A stretch of DNA of 64,000 nt from IMG/VR virus record IMGVR_UViG_3300028571_000020. One strand, 5' to 3'. The stretch comes from an uncultured virus (IMG/VR IMGVR_UViG_3300028571_000020). Its lineage: Duplodnaviria > Heunggongvirae > Uroviricota > Caudoviricetes. Below are positions 57,601 through 64,000 of the stretch, one piece after another. The stretch's first letter is position 1. Each line of letters opens with the position of its first letter. A program made the translations under genes and the position numbers. Below the pieces are notes generated by a model that saw only the letters and a program-made list of their open reading frames with translations, searched no databases and was not told where the DNA came from.

Positions 57601-59042
57601 AGTCGCAAGGGCACATCTGGACCACCATTGATGACCTACCCAAGCCGCTGCATTTCGGGTTTGTGTCTGCCCTACCGTCCCTCAAGGAGTACCTTGAAGA
57701 GAACGTGAAGGACTCGAAGGTATCAGCTGCCACAACACCTCTTCCAGCCGAATTCTCCAGCAATGATCCCGGACTTCTCACCTTGAGCGAGTACTTCGAG
57801 AAGTCAAACCCCGGTGACAAGTCACATCCGAATAGTGCCTACGACTTTGACTTGAAGAGGATGAACTCTGATAGATCCATCCACTCCAAAGGCAATTCAA
57901 AGAACGGTCACAATAGCTACCGTATTGATGGCAACAACAAGGGTTATCTGGTGTACAAGGAAGATGACACCATCAGCACCCTCGTTGGTGTTGTGCACAA
58001 CGGTGTGCTGTACTGCAACAAGGCGGACGTCGATATCCCTCAGTACTTCATACCTTTCAGGGGATCATCAAGCGAGAGTTTGGGATTCTCCTCAACCAAG
58101 CAGGTGAAGTACCCAAGTGAATACGTCAGGCTGGTGAGCGATATCGCCGACCTCAACCGCAAACAGTATGCTGTTCTATTGCAGAATATCACTGTGCAGG
58201 GTGAACACTTTCAATTGAGAGCAGAGAAGACCCCCGAGAAGGATGCAGGAGTCTCTCTCGCCATCCTGAATGATAAGGGCGAAGTGGTAGCCGAAGCCAT
58301 GAATGAATGGGGCTGCACATTGCTCACGGTGGCCAGAGAGTACCGGGGCAAGAAGCTCGGCCAAGTGATTGGCAAGGTATGGACAAAGATGAACCCGAAA
58401 TATGAGTCTGGTGGCTACACACCAGACGGCAGGAAGGCCGCTCGCCTCCTGTGGGAGGACCGAGTTCGAGAGTTCAAGGAGAACGGCTGGTACTCCGAAC
58501 TCGTCAAGAGTGGCAAGCTGACAATCGACAAGGTGAAGGAGATTCTTTCGTCGCTTCGAGCGAGAAAGCCAGAATTACCGCCGCCTCCAACCACTGAAGT
58601 GAACAAGGGAGAGACTCTCATCTATCTGGACGACTTGGACGAGCCCGTTAGCTTCGTGGTCTACAACTCGAAGTTCCTTGAAGACCAAGATGACAAGTAC
58701 ATCTTGGCTCATGGATTCTTCAGGTCATCTGAATCAGTTGGGTCTTTCCTTTTCAAGATCGATTACGAACCGGAGCAGGCCAAGCTTGCCACATACATCG
58801 CACTGCAGATGTCGAAGATGAACGGTGAGCCCATCTACATTGGCGAGGGTTACGGCGACATGCTTGAACTGGACGGGCTAGATAATGTGGAGGTGGGCGG
58901 CGATTATGCCACACTCAACAAAGATGTCCTGCCGCTCAAGAATCTTGCCAAGAAGGAGATTCTTGCTCGCAAGCCCTTCGACAAGTATCAACAGGTGTAC
59001 CACTCGCTGGTGGAGCAGGCTGACGCGAAGTGGAACAACTGA
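54690..59042 (+). CDS. Polyvalent protein: two ART-like domains, GNAT, HsdS-TRD-like, NUDIX, second GNAT-like domain
   Basis: YVHFS..GIYFYP; MFHGT..SILKHGL..GTYFS; TAPEHRRTGLATQL; ILPSYLYYVL..ATGSTRLQNIT; Nudix box GGAIDAGEDPQEAMKREAEEETG; VAREYRGKKLG. Confidence 0.85.
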   Translation: MTTISELLKRAANTIAAAHKQLSANNLKEVHSALFAGLEKYSGQDKYVHFSNINKIGINPNKSHKDPHGIYFYPLQYLLDNGVDRGQYAIDFKYAFIVDIDKNDNGFVLQDMTNDDVATIAGDNGWTAPTESDFPGSNFFKTCDKLANSKGGPSWSKLLRGIDWLEDKGESIIAGDEPAQMIVLNAKLIRVVELIDNKRDLFGAAKSVIDPIVEEFSGSKLSIKKVKNKYGTNNVEMTSTFKDFTVKFSFEDSTSASDNLRVTVTSSDGDDVTLVDMGRGQETSIAALRDILQHHDRAATVSASRTAAAPMTMFHGTASGPNNSRLRSILKHGLVPTAPKAWADDPDAKQAGRRSRASYGGTYFSSNLRTALQSGHHSRGNDKSQYPIVITATIQPRAALPDEDDYTFNVDHAYHYAVKTVDHPHTDGYYYLCLFLDGFDNSKLKEAQQRFAENIAGMLKSHGVSLEMPRLMKFTEPLFEAEVVRRVSNQPNDWYGFKQTVLGRALGFYKHDKQTPMEEDQLPESLRQPPSRDEGETKFRSALDALTKATRRLAIGLETHGEDAQQRFRHALRVMEPVTYGGRNRITSVASLPNYYSRNATERETVTVVSHFGDPSAIVKQLQEAGYEVDVVKPNQKVVSAADDYNETGMLDLLKPMGQSKSIGVEKGSTKKDGISVFKNPNGSVRYVASKDGVNVAVLQLMVLDGSATATNSYTAPEHRRTGLATQLFERAKKDYPNLVLSDDRTGDGIAWTKSLDAASNSGDLFEVKTNFPEADMWLIRKGTPDKVGSVTKTFSPEHIGIKVKDTNVILPSYLYYVLMHLHSTGLFKKQATGSTRLQNITTTMVKEALGLLSPRIVQSSISAAAFTDETGKFWGAQGAGAIFLAADTGRILLQHRSPYVNEPNTWGTIGGAIDAGEDPQEAMKREAEEETGYHGEMKVDPIFVFKSGKFQYHNFVVTVPKEFDPKDSWESQGHIWTTIDDLPKPLHFGFVSALPSLKEYLEENVKDSKVSAATTPLPAEFSSNDPGLLTLSEYFEKSNPGDKSHPNSAYDFDLKRMNSDRSIHSKGNSKNGHNSYRIDGNNKGYLVYKEDDTISTLVGVVHNGVLYCNKADVDIPQYFIPFRGSSSESLGFSSTKQVKYPSEYVRLVSDIADLNRKQYAVLLQNITVQGEHFQLRAEKTPEKDAGVSLAILNDKGEVVAEAMNEWGCTLLTVAREYRGKKLGQVIGKVWTKMNPKYESGGYTPDGRKAARLLWEDRVREFKENGWYSELVKSGKLTIDKVKEILSSLRARKPELPPPPTTEVNKGETLIYLDDLDEPVSFVVYNSKFLEDQDDKYILAHGFFRSSESVGSFLFKIDYEPEQAKLATYIALQMSKMNGEPIYIGEGYGDMLELDGLDNVEVGGDYATLNKDVLPLKNLAKKEILARKPFDKYQQVYHSLVEQADAKWNN

Positions 59043-59066
59043 CACAGGGTCAGTGCACTCTTGGTC

Positions 59067-59453
59067 ATGGATACAATGACCAAGCTCCTCTTGTCGGAAT
59101 GGAACGTACTGTTGATGGCAGCAGTGTGGGTCTGCACCGCAATTGCGGAGCGGGCATTCCCTACTCAATTCGAGAAGGGTCGGCTCATCAACCGCCTTGA
59201 ACCCTTGTTCCCCATCGTGGCATGCATCATCTTCGCCACCATGGTTCCCGGTCCATGGATGCCGACTGAGGGTGTTACCATTGGCCAGAAGGTCATCCTC
59301 GGTGTCATCCTTGGTGCCGGTAGCCACAACTTCACAGCCATGGCCAAGCGTTTCGGCTTGACTCCATTCGTCGCGAAGCTCAATGCCAGCAAGCGAAAGA
59401 GCAGGGTCGAATCACTCGACCCTGCTCCTGAAGACGACAAGCCTGCTGCCTAG
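59067..59453 (+). CDS. Small membrane protein, holin-like
   Basis: Two to three hydrophobic segments and a highly charged C-terminus. Confidence 0.55.
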   Translation: MDTMTKLLLSEWNVLLMAAVWVCTAIAERAFPTQFEKGRLINRLEPLFPIVACIIFATMVPGPWMPTEGVTIGQKVILGVILGAGSHNFTAMAKRFGLTPFVAKLNASKRKSRVESLDPAPEDDKPAA

Positions 59454-59587
59454 GTCTTGTATGGCGCACCATCGGTGCGTACGCTGCACTCAGCCGCTGA
59501 GGTGCCTGATGGCAGGCGAGGCGTCACCCCACTGAAAAGTGGAGAAGTTTGATCGGCCGAAGGGTTTGAAGACCGGTGATAAACCTT

Positions 59588-59622
59588 GAAAGCCCGCTGC
59601 AAAGCGGGACTTTCGCTTTTTT
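59588..59622 (+). terminator. Intrinsic terminator ending the plus-strand block
   Basis: GAAAGCCCGCT-GCAA-AGCGGGACTTTC then GCTTTTTT. Confidence 0.85.
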
Positions 59623-59728
59623 GGGTGGTGGTATTCAACCTTCGTAGCCGTCTGGGTCGTAGCCGTCTGGGTAACCATCGAAGCGCTGGAATACCACCAA
59701 TCCGGGGTTGTACTGGTCGTCAACCCAC

Positions 59729-59857
59729 TCACCTTCTGGGTCGAGTCGTGGCCTTCAAAACGGCAACACCTTCGTTCAGCAAGCGTCTTGCTTCCTCTCG
59801 TGAAGGGGCGACAAGAGCAGCGCGAAGCAGTGCCTCGGATTTGGTCTCAGTGGTCAT
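59729..59857 (-). CDS. Small 42-aa hypothetical protein (below cutoff)
   Basis: GGAG RBS; MTTETKSEALLRAALVAPSREEARRLLNEGVAVLKATTRPRR. Confidence 0.5.
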   Translation of the reverse strand: MTTETKSEALLRAALVAPSREEARRLLNEGVAVLKATTRPRR

Positions 59858-59871
59858 CGTGCTTACTCCAA

Positions 59872-61230
59872 TCAAGCAAAGATTACGTGAAGACTATCCG
59901 AACTGCGAGAGTATGCAGTGTACAACCACCGCTTCCTCTCTTCGTCACTCAGAACACCGAGTGCACGTTCTACCACAACCACGACACTGGGGAAACCAGA
60001 ACCTTGGCTCTTGTGACCAGTGATCGCGTACGAGAAGTCACAAAGTGCGCCGACCCCTCCCCAACCATACGGCTTGCCGGGAACTTCGTCGAAGCCAGCA
60101 AACGTCTTCTCACGAAGGAACTGGTGCTTGCACATGCAGAAGTCTGTGAGCAGGCCGACAGGTTCGTCAAACTGCACGTCAGCATAGACGTGGTGCTCAG
60201 TCACACGAGGCTGAGAAACGATGACACCGCGCATCCCATTGGGGACCATAAAACCACTGTCGTTCAGGCGCTTGTTCTTCAGGCAGATGATCATCTCACC
60301 CTGAGCCGGACCATCGTACTCGTCGAGGCTGAGGACGTCTTCCCGGTACTGAATGTTGATGTTGCGACGCATCCGGTTGGTGAATGTCAGGACGACACCC
60401 GGTGGCTTACCTTTCTCGATGGCGTCACCAATCTGCCTGCTCCATGACAGACGAGGGTCGTCCATGTCGTCGATGAAATCACGAATGACGTCGTCCGGCG
60501 CACCACGACGAACCATGTGGGCCAGACGGATGATTGGGTTACCGTGTGCAAGACGGTGAATCTTCTCCAGCTTCACGTCTGGATTCAGCATGACGCCGGT
60601 GTCTTCACCGACGGGACTCAACTGGCCATGGTCACCAATGGCGAGGATGGGCTTCCCCAGACGCCGCAGTGCTGCAAGCTCTGGCGCTGCAACCATGGAG
60701 AACTCGTCCACCAAGATGATGTCGTAGTCGGCGTCGCCGCGTTCTTCCCAACCAAGAATACGGCCCGTATTCTTGTCTTCAACTGGCTTGTAGATGGTTC
60801 CGTGCACAGTGCGCACAGTCACAAGCTCACCGGTCAAGCCCATCTTAGCCAGATTGTTCTTCAGAACGAGAACAGCCTTGCCTGTTGGAGCCGCGTAAAC
60901 GGCTTCTATCCCCTTGTTCAACAACCAGACTGCGAGCCTCGAAGTGAGGAATGTCTTGCCGGTACCGCCCAAACCACCGAAAGAGAACAACATCTGCTTG
61001 TCTGGAGAGTTGTCTTCAATCCACGAAGTGATCTTCTCCCACGCGACCTCTTGGTCAGGCGATGGGTTCCACTCTGGAAGCTTTAGCTCCACAGGAGGGG
61101 GAGGATCATCTTCAAGGAGTTCGCTGCTCCAGTCCGGCAGTTGATCGATAACCTTGCCGAACAGCACCTCACTGATTTCGTCCAATACTGGCGTCAGCCC
61201 AATGGGCTGAGATTGCTTGTTGTCAGTCAT
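59872..61230 (-). CDS. SF1B helicase, Dda/RecD-like
   Basis: GLGGTGKT, AAPTGKA, DEFSM, GDHGQL, YAITGHKSQGS, LYTAYSR. Start probably ATG 61230. Confidence 0.9.
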   Translation of the reverse strand: MTDNKQSQPIGLTPVLDEISEVLFGKVIDQLPDWSSELLEDDPPPPVELKLPEWNPSPDQEVAWEKITSWIEDNSPDKQMLFSFGGLGGTGKTFLTSRLAVWLLNKGIEAVYAAPTGKAVLVLKNNLAKMGLTGELVTVRTVHGTIYKPVEDKNTGRILGWEERGDADYDIILVDEFSMVAAPELAALRRLGKPILAIGDHGQLSPVGEDTGVMLNPDVKLEKIHRLAHGNPIIRLAHMVRRGAPDDVIRDFIDDMDDPRLSWSRQIGDAIEKGKPPGVVLTFTNRMRRNINIQYREDVLSLDEYDGPAQGEMIICLKNKRLNDSGFMVPNGMRGVIVSQPRVTEHHVYADVQFDEPVGLLTDFCMCKHQFLREKTFAGFDEVPGKPYGWGGVGALCDFSYAITGHKSQGSGFPSVVVVVERALGVLSDEERKRWLYTAYSRSSDSLHVIFA

Positions 61231-61273
61231 GGCCCCTAGGTGACCACGGAAGTGGCCAGCAGTCAAGTAGTCA

Positions 61274-61302
61274 TTGACATCATACAAGAGATCACATAAG
61301 GT
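61274..61302 (+). promoter_or_regulatory. Sigma70-type promoter, probably leaderless
   Basis: TTGACA (61274-79), 17 nt, TAAGGT (61297-302), 6 nt, ATG 61309. Confidence 0.7.
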
Positions 61303-61308
61303 AGGTCC

Positions 61309-61863
61309 ATGACCCACATGAAACCAGTTGTTCGGCAGTCAGACGTCTTGGTTATCATCCACACGCTGGGTTTGGTGACGTCGTACCACCCGCTGCTGGA
61401 AGTGCTCCCGGCTGATGCTGACCACAAGTACGTGGCAAACCGCTTCGGTCTCCACAGTGTGGAAAGCCTGATGGGCTTCTACGTCAAGCCCATGCGGTGG
61501 ACGTCGCACTGGGAAGTCCGTCACCCAGACACCAATGAGATCCTCGACCAGACGACGATCATTCTGTGTGAGAGCGAGGCTCATGCTTGGCGCACTGTGT
61601 ACTCTGTCATCGACGACACTCCGTTCACCATCTTCATCAGCAAGGACAATGTGGCGACTGCCACTGCTCCCAACGAGGCGTGCGCTCTGGCGTGGGCTGA
61701 GAAGCTGACGGTGTTCGGCCAGCCTGTTCGTATCGACGGCTGCAAGTTGTCGTGTGACTTCGGTGCGGATGTCTTCACTGGTGACGTCGTCACCAACCGT
61801 CTTCGCGCTGCTGGCATCTACAGGGAGCGTGGTTTCCTCCGTGGCCGAGTCATCGAGGAGTGA
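61309..61863 (+). CDS. Hypothetical protein
   Basis: 184-aa ORF directly after a promoter-like element. Confidence 0.75.
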   Translation: MTHMKPVVRQSDVLVIIHTLGLVTSYHPLLEVLPADADHKYVANRFGLHSVESLMGFYVKPMRWTSHWEVRHPDTNEILDQTTIILCESEAHAWRTVYSVIDDTPFTIFISKDNVATATAPNEACALAWAEKLTVFGQPVRIDGCKLSCDFGADVFTGDVVTNRLRAAGIYRERGFLRGRVIEE

Positions 61864-61999
61864 TGACCAACCAGCAACCTTCTCACCTCCTTTTGTGGTG
61901 GTCTATTTCAGATACGAAAGATGCGATTCACGAGTTGACGTTGGCCTTGTAACATAGGACTCTGCTGTATGCGGGTGCAAGTACCCGTCAGGAGAGTCA

Positions 62000-62737
62000 A
62001 TGTCATTCCTTACGTTCACTGAAATCGCCAAGATGCTGACCGAGAAACAGACCCTTTGGGTCCGCAATATCTCGCCACCACCCCGCAAGATCCTCATCAT
62101 CGACTACCCTTCTGCTGAAGGTGGTCGTGCATTCAACATCCCTCGCACCAATCTACCCTTCAACATCTGTGACCACGTGGACGCGGAGTCGCTGCGCAAC
62201 AGCAAGTCCTTCCGTGACATGTTCAACGCAGGTATGCTTGAAGTCGTCGACGAGGACGCTGCTCGCAACGAGTTGAAGGATCCGCTGATTCGCAAGTCCC
62301 TCCAGAACGCAATGAGCGAGGCCAAGAACACCCACGCTCACCGTGCTGACGAAGTGCGCAAGAATCAGGAAGCTGACGCTGCCGTGCGTGCTGAGCAGCA
62401 GGCCAATACGTCACAGGGAACCAAGAGCATAATTGCTGCCCTTGACCCCGCTCTCGCCAAGGCCCTGAACCTCATTGGCGCCAACGGCATGAAGAACGAC
62501 CCAACGCTGGTCAGCAAGTTCAACCCCCGCTTGGTTGCCCTTGAAGACAAGATCAAGGCTGGCAACGTTCCAGTCAGTCTCGTGATGACCGAACTGTCCT
62601 CGATGATCGGCGACCTGTCGATTGACGACATGACCCATGTCGCCGCTGGCGGTGTGTGGCCCAAGGACGTCGCCGAGTGGGCACGCAACCGTGTTGCCTT
62701 CCTCGTCAACCGCCGCGACCAAGAAGACCGCATCTGA
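62000..62737 (+). CDS. Protein with shared N-terminal module and helical C-terminal part
   Basis: AGGAG RBS, followed by a terminator. Confidence 0.8.
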   Translation: MSFLTFTEIAKMLTEKQTLWVRNISPPPRKILIIDYPSAEGGRAFNIPRTNLPFNICDHVDAESLRNSKSFRDMFNAGMLEVVDEDAARNELKDPLIRKSLQNAMSEAKNTHAHRADEVRKNQEADAAVRAEQQANTSQGTKSIIAALDPALAKALNLIGANGMKNDPTLVSKFNPRLVALEDKIKAGNVPVSLVMTELSSMIGDLSIDDMTHVAAGGVWPKDVAEWARNRVAFLVNRRDQEDRI

Positions 62738-62760
62738 GACGCACTCTTCGAGAGAGCATC

Positions 62761-62797
62761 CGAAAAGGAGTGTGATGTTTCACACTCCTTTTCGTTT
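62761..62797 (+). terminator. Intrinsic terminator
   Basis: CGAAAAGGAGTGTGA-TGTT-TCACACTCCTTTTCG followed by TTT. Confidence 0.85.
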
Positions 62798-63091
62798 GTG
62801 CAGGTTGATATGACACATCACTGGAGAAAAGAAATGGTAGTTTGGGTCAACGACCCGGTCAAAAAGCTTGTGGTAGTGGGCAACCATGGCTTTGTGTGGT
62901 GGTTCGGCAAAAGGATCATCTATGCTAAATTCCGCATTGCACAGGACTCTCCCGTTGTAGCTTTCAACAAATTCTGTTCCAATAAGCCTGATGACACCAA
63001 TCTTAAAGGAAGCATCAGAGGCTACGATCAGTCAGACGTGACTCATTCTTCCATGCTGCATTTTGTGCGGACCGGTGTATTCCCCATGTGA
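62798..63091 (+). CDS. Hypothetical protein
   Basis: ORF fills the gap; start uncertain. Confidence 0.5.
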   Translation: MQVDMTHHWRKEMVVWVNDPVKKLVVVGNHGFVWWFGKRIIYAKFRIAQDSPVVAFNKFCSNKPDDTNLKGSIRGYDQSDVTHSSMLHFVRTGVFPM

Positions 63092-63098
63092 GGTAGAG

Positions 63099-63320
63099 AT
63101 GTCAACTGAAGAGATCGAACGTCGGATCAAGTCAGCTGAGAACAAAGCGGATCACGCCGCAGAGATTGCGATGGCTGCTATCGAAGCACAGCGCAGTCTT
63201 CATAGTGCACTCGAATCTGCCCACCAACAGATGGGTGAGATGTTGGCTGCCAGCAAGCATATCAGCAAGTTGGCCGAGTCACTAGCCCGTTTCGTTCTCA
63301 GTGTAGAAAAGAAGGATTGA
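63099..63320 (+). CDS. Small coiled-coil protein
   Basis: GAGG RBS; MSTEEIERRIKSAENKADHAAEIA. Confidence 0.7.
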   Translation: MSTEEIERRIKSAENKADHAAEIAMAAIEAQRSLHSALESAHQQMGEMLAASKHISKLAESLARFVLSVEKKD

Positions 63321-63323
63321 AAA

Positions 63324-64000
63324 ATGGACCATAAGACTCGTGACCAAGTTGTGAACTCCCTCCGTGCAGCCGCAGCTACTCTGCTGCGTGAGAGCCTTCC
63401 TCCAAAGGCGAAGAAGCCAGTGAAGGCTTCAGTCGACTATGCCGCTGCTCTCAAGCTGGCAATGGATGCTTCCGCTAAGGCTGATGCGTGCAAAAACGAT
63501 GCTGAATGTGAAGCCGCACACAACGAGGCAGCCAAGCTGCACACCAGCGCTGCACAGATCGCTGAGGACGCATTCCAGAATCACGAAGCAAGAGCCAGCA
63601 ACCATCAGCACGATGCTCGCGAAGCCGCAAAGCGCGCATCGATGTCTTCGAAGAAGACAGCGTCCAAGACCGCCGCTGCACACATTGAAGCGGCCAAGCT
63701 GCACACCAGTGCAGCTAAGAAGCGCCCAGTTCGCGCTTCAGCGCTCAACACGTTTGAAGACAGCTATGTCACGACCATGCTGTGGTCAACGAATGACGAG
63801 TCTAATGACGCAGGTGGCGAGCCCCTCGACAGGAACTACTCAGCGACTGACCTTTCTCCAGAAGCGATTGAGAAGGTGAAGAAGGATTGCACGTCCTTCA
63901 AGGAGAAGGCTGGCGATCTTCTTGACGGCCTTGACGATGACCAAGTCGCTCACGATTTCTGGCTGACTCGCAATGGCCACGGCGCTGGCTTCTGGGACGG
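63324..64000 (+). CDS. Multi-module protein, truncated by window edge (not in ORF track)
   Basis: Translated by hand: MDHKTRDQVVNSLRAAAATLL...KPVKAS...(EAAKLHTSAA twice)...RPVRAS...AHDFWLTRNGHGAGFWD, open to the end. Confidence 0.85.
   Translation, partial: MDHKTRDQVVNSLRAAAATLLRESLPPKAKKPVKASVDYAAALKLAMDASAKADACKNDAECEAAHNEAAKLHTSAAQIAEDAFQNHEARASNHQHDAREAAKRASMSSKKTASKTAAAHIEAAKLHTSAAKKRPVRASALNTFEDSYVTTMLWSTNDESNDAGGEPLDRNYSATDLSPEAIEKVKKDCTSFKEKAGDLLDGLDDDQVAHDFWLTRNGHGAGFWD

Noticed and set aside
59503..59590. 5S rRNA, tRNA or c-di-GMP riboswitch
   Set aside because: Only short resemblances (TGCCTG start, AGAAGT, GAAA loop); no CCGAAC loop, no closing helix, no T-loop or cloverleaf, and no downstream same-strand gene.
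1..64000. Alternative genetic code or stop-codon reassignment
   Set aside because: Long ORFs tile the window under the standard code, and TAA, TAG and TGA all end genes cleanly.

Overview
This window reads as part of a large (probably jumbo) tailed dsDNA phage genome with a contractile tail. I found no rRNA, tRNA or CRISPR array. It contains: (i) a morphogenesis block (about 15.5-43.5 kb) with tail-assembly chaperone, tape-measure-like protein, several fibre/adhesin proteins and a probable tail sheath; (ii) DNA-metabolism genes (SF2 and SF1B helicases, HNH nuclease, XRE HTH, and an unexpected HUH rolling-circle Rep-like protein); and (iii) many polyvalent multi-domain proteins (about 0-2.2, 6-10.6, 13.8-14.4, 44-59 and 63.3-64 kb) built from ADP-ribosyltransferase-like, PcfJ-like, ParB-like, GNAT, NUDIX, HsdS-like and ArdA modules. 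The best candidate for an undescribed system is a virion cargo-loading and processing code, supported by three patterns. First, domains are repeatedly separated by a [V/I/L]-x-A-[S/A] linker matching the herpesvirus assemblin cleavage consensus. Second, several unrelated cargo proteins share an L-x-[K/R]-A-A-x-x-[L/I] leader helix. Third, many of these genes have a CAYYCT element 5-6 nt before the start codon, consistent with a phage-specific promoter making leaderless mRNA. A separate family of six proteins shares an approximately 70-aa N-terminal module that may be a virion docking adaptor. All family calls come from motif recognition by eye, not from database searches.
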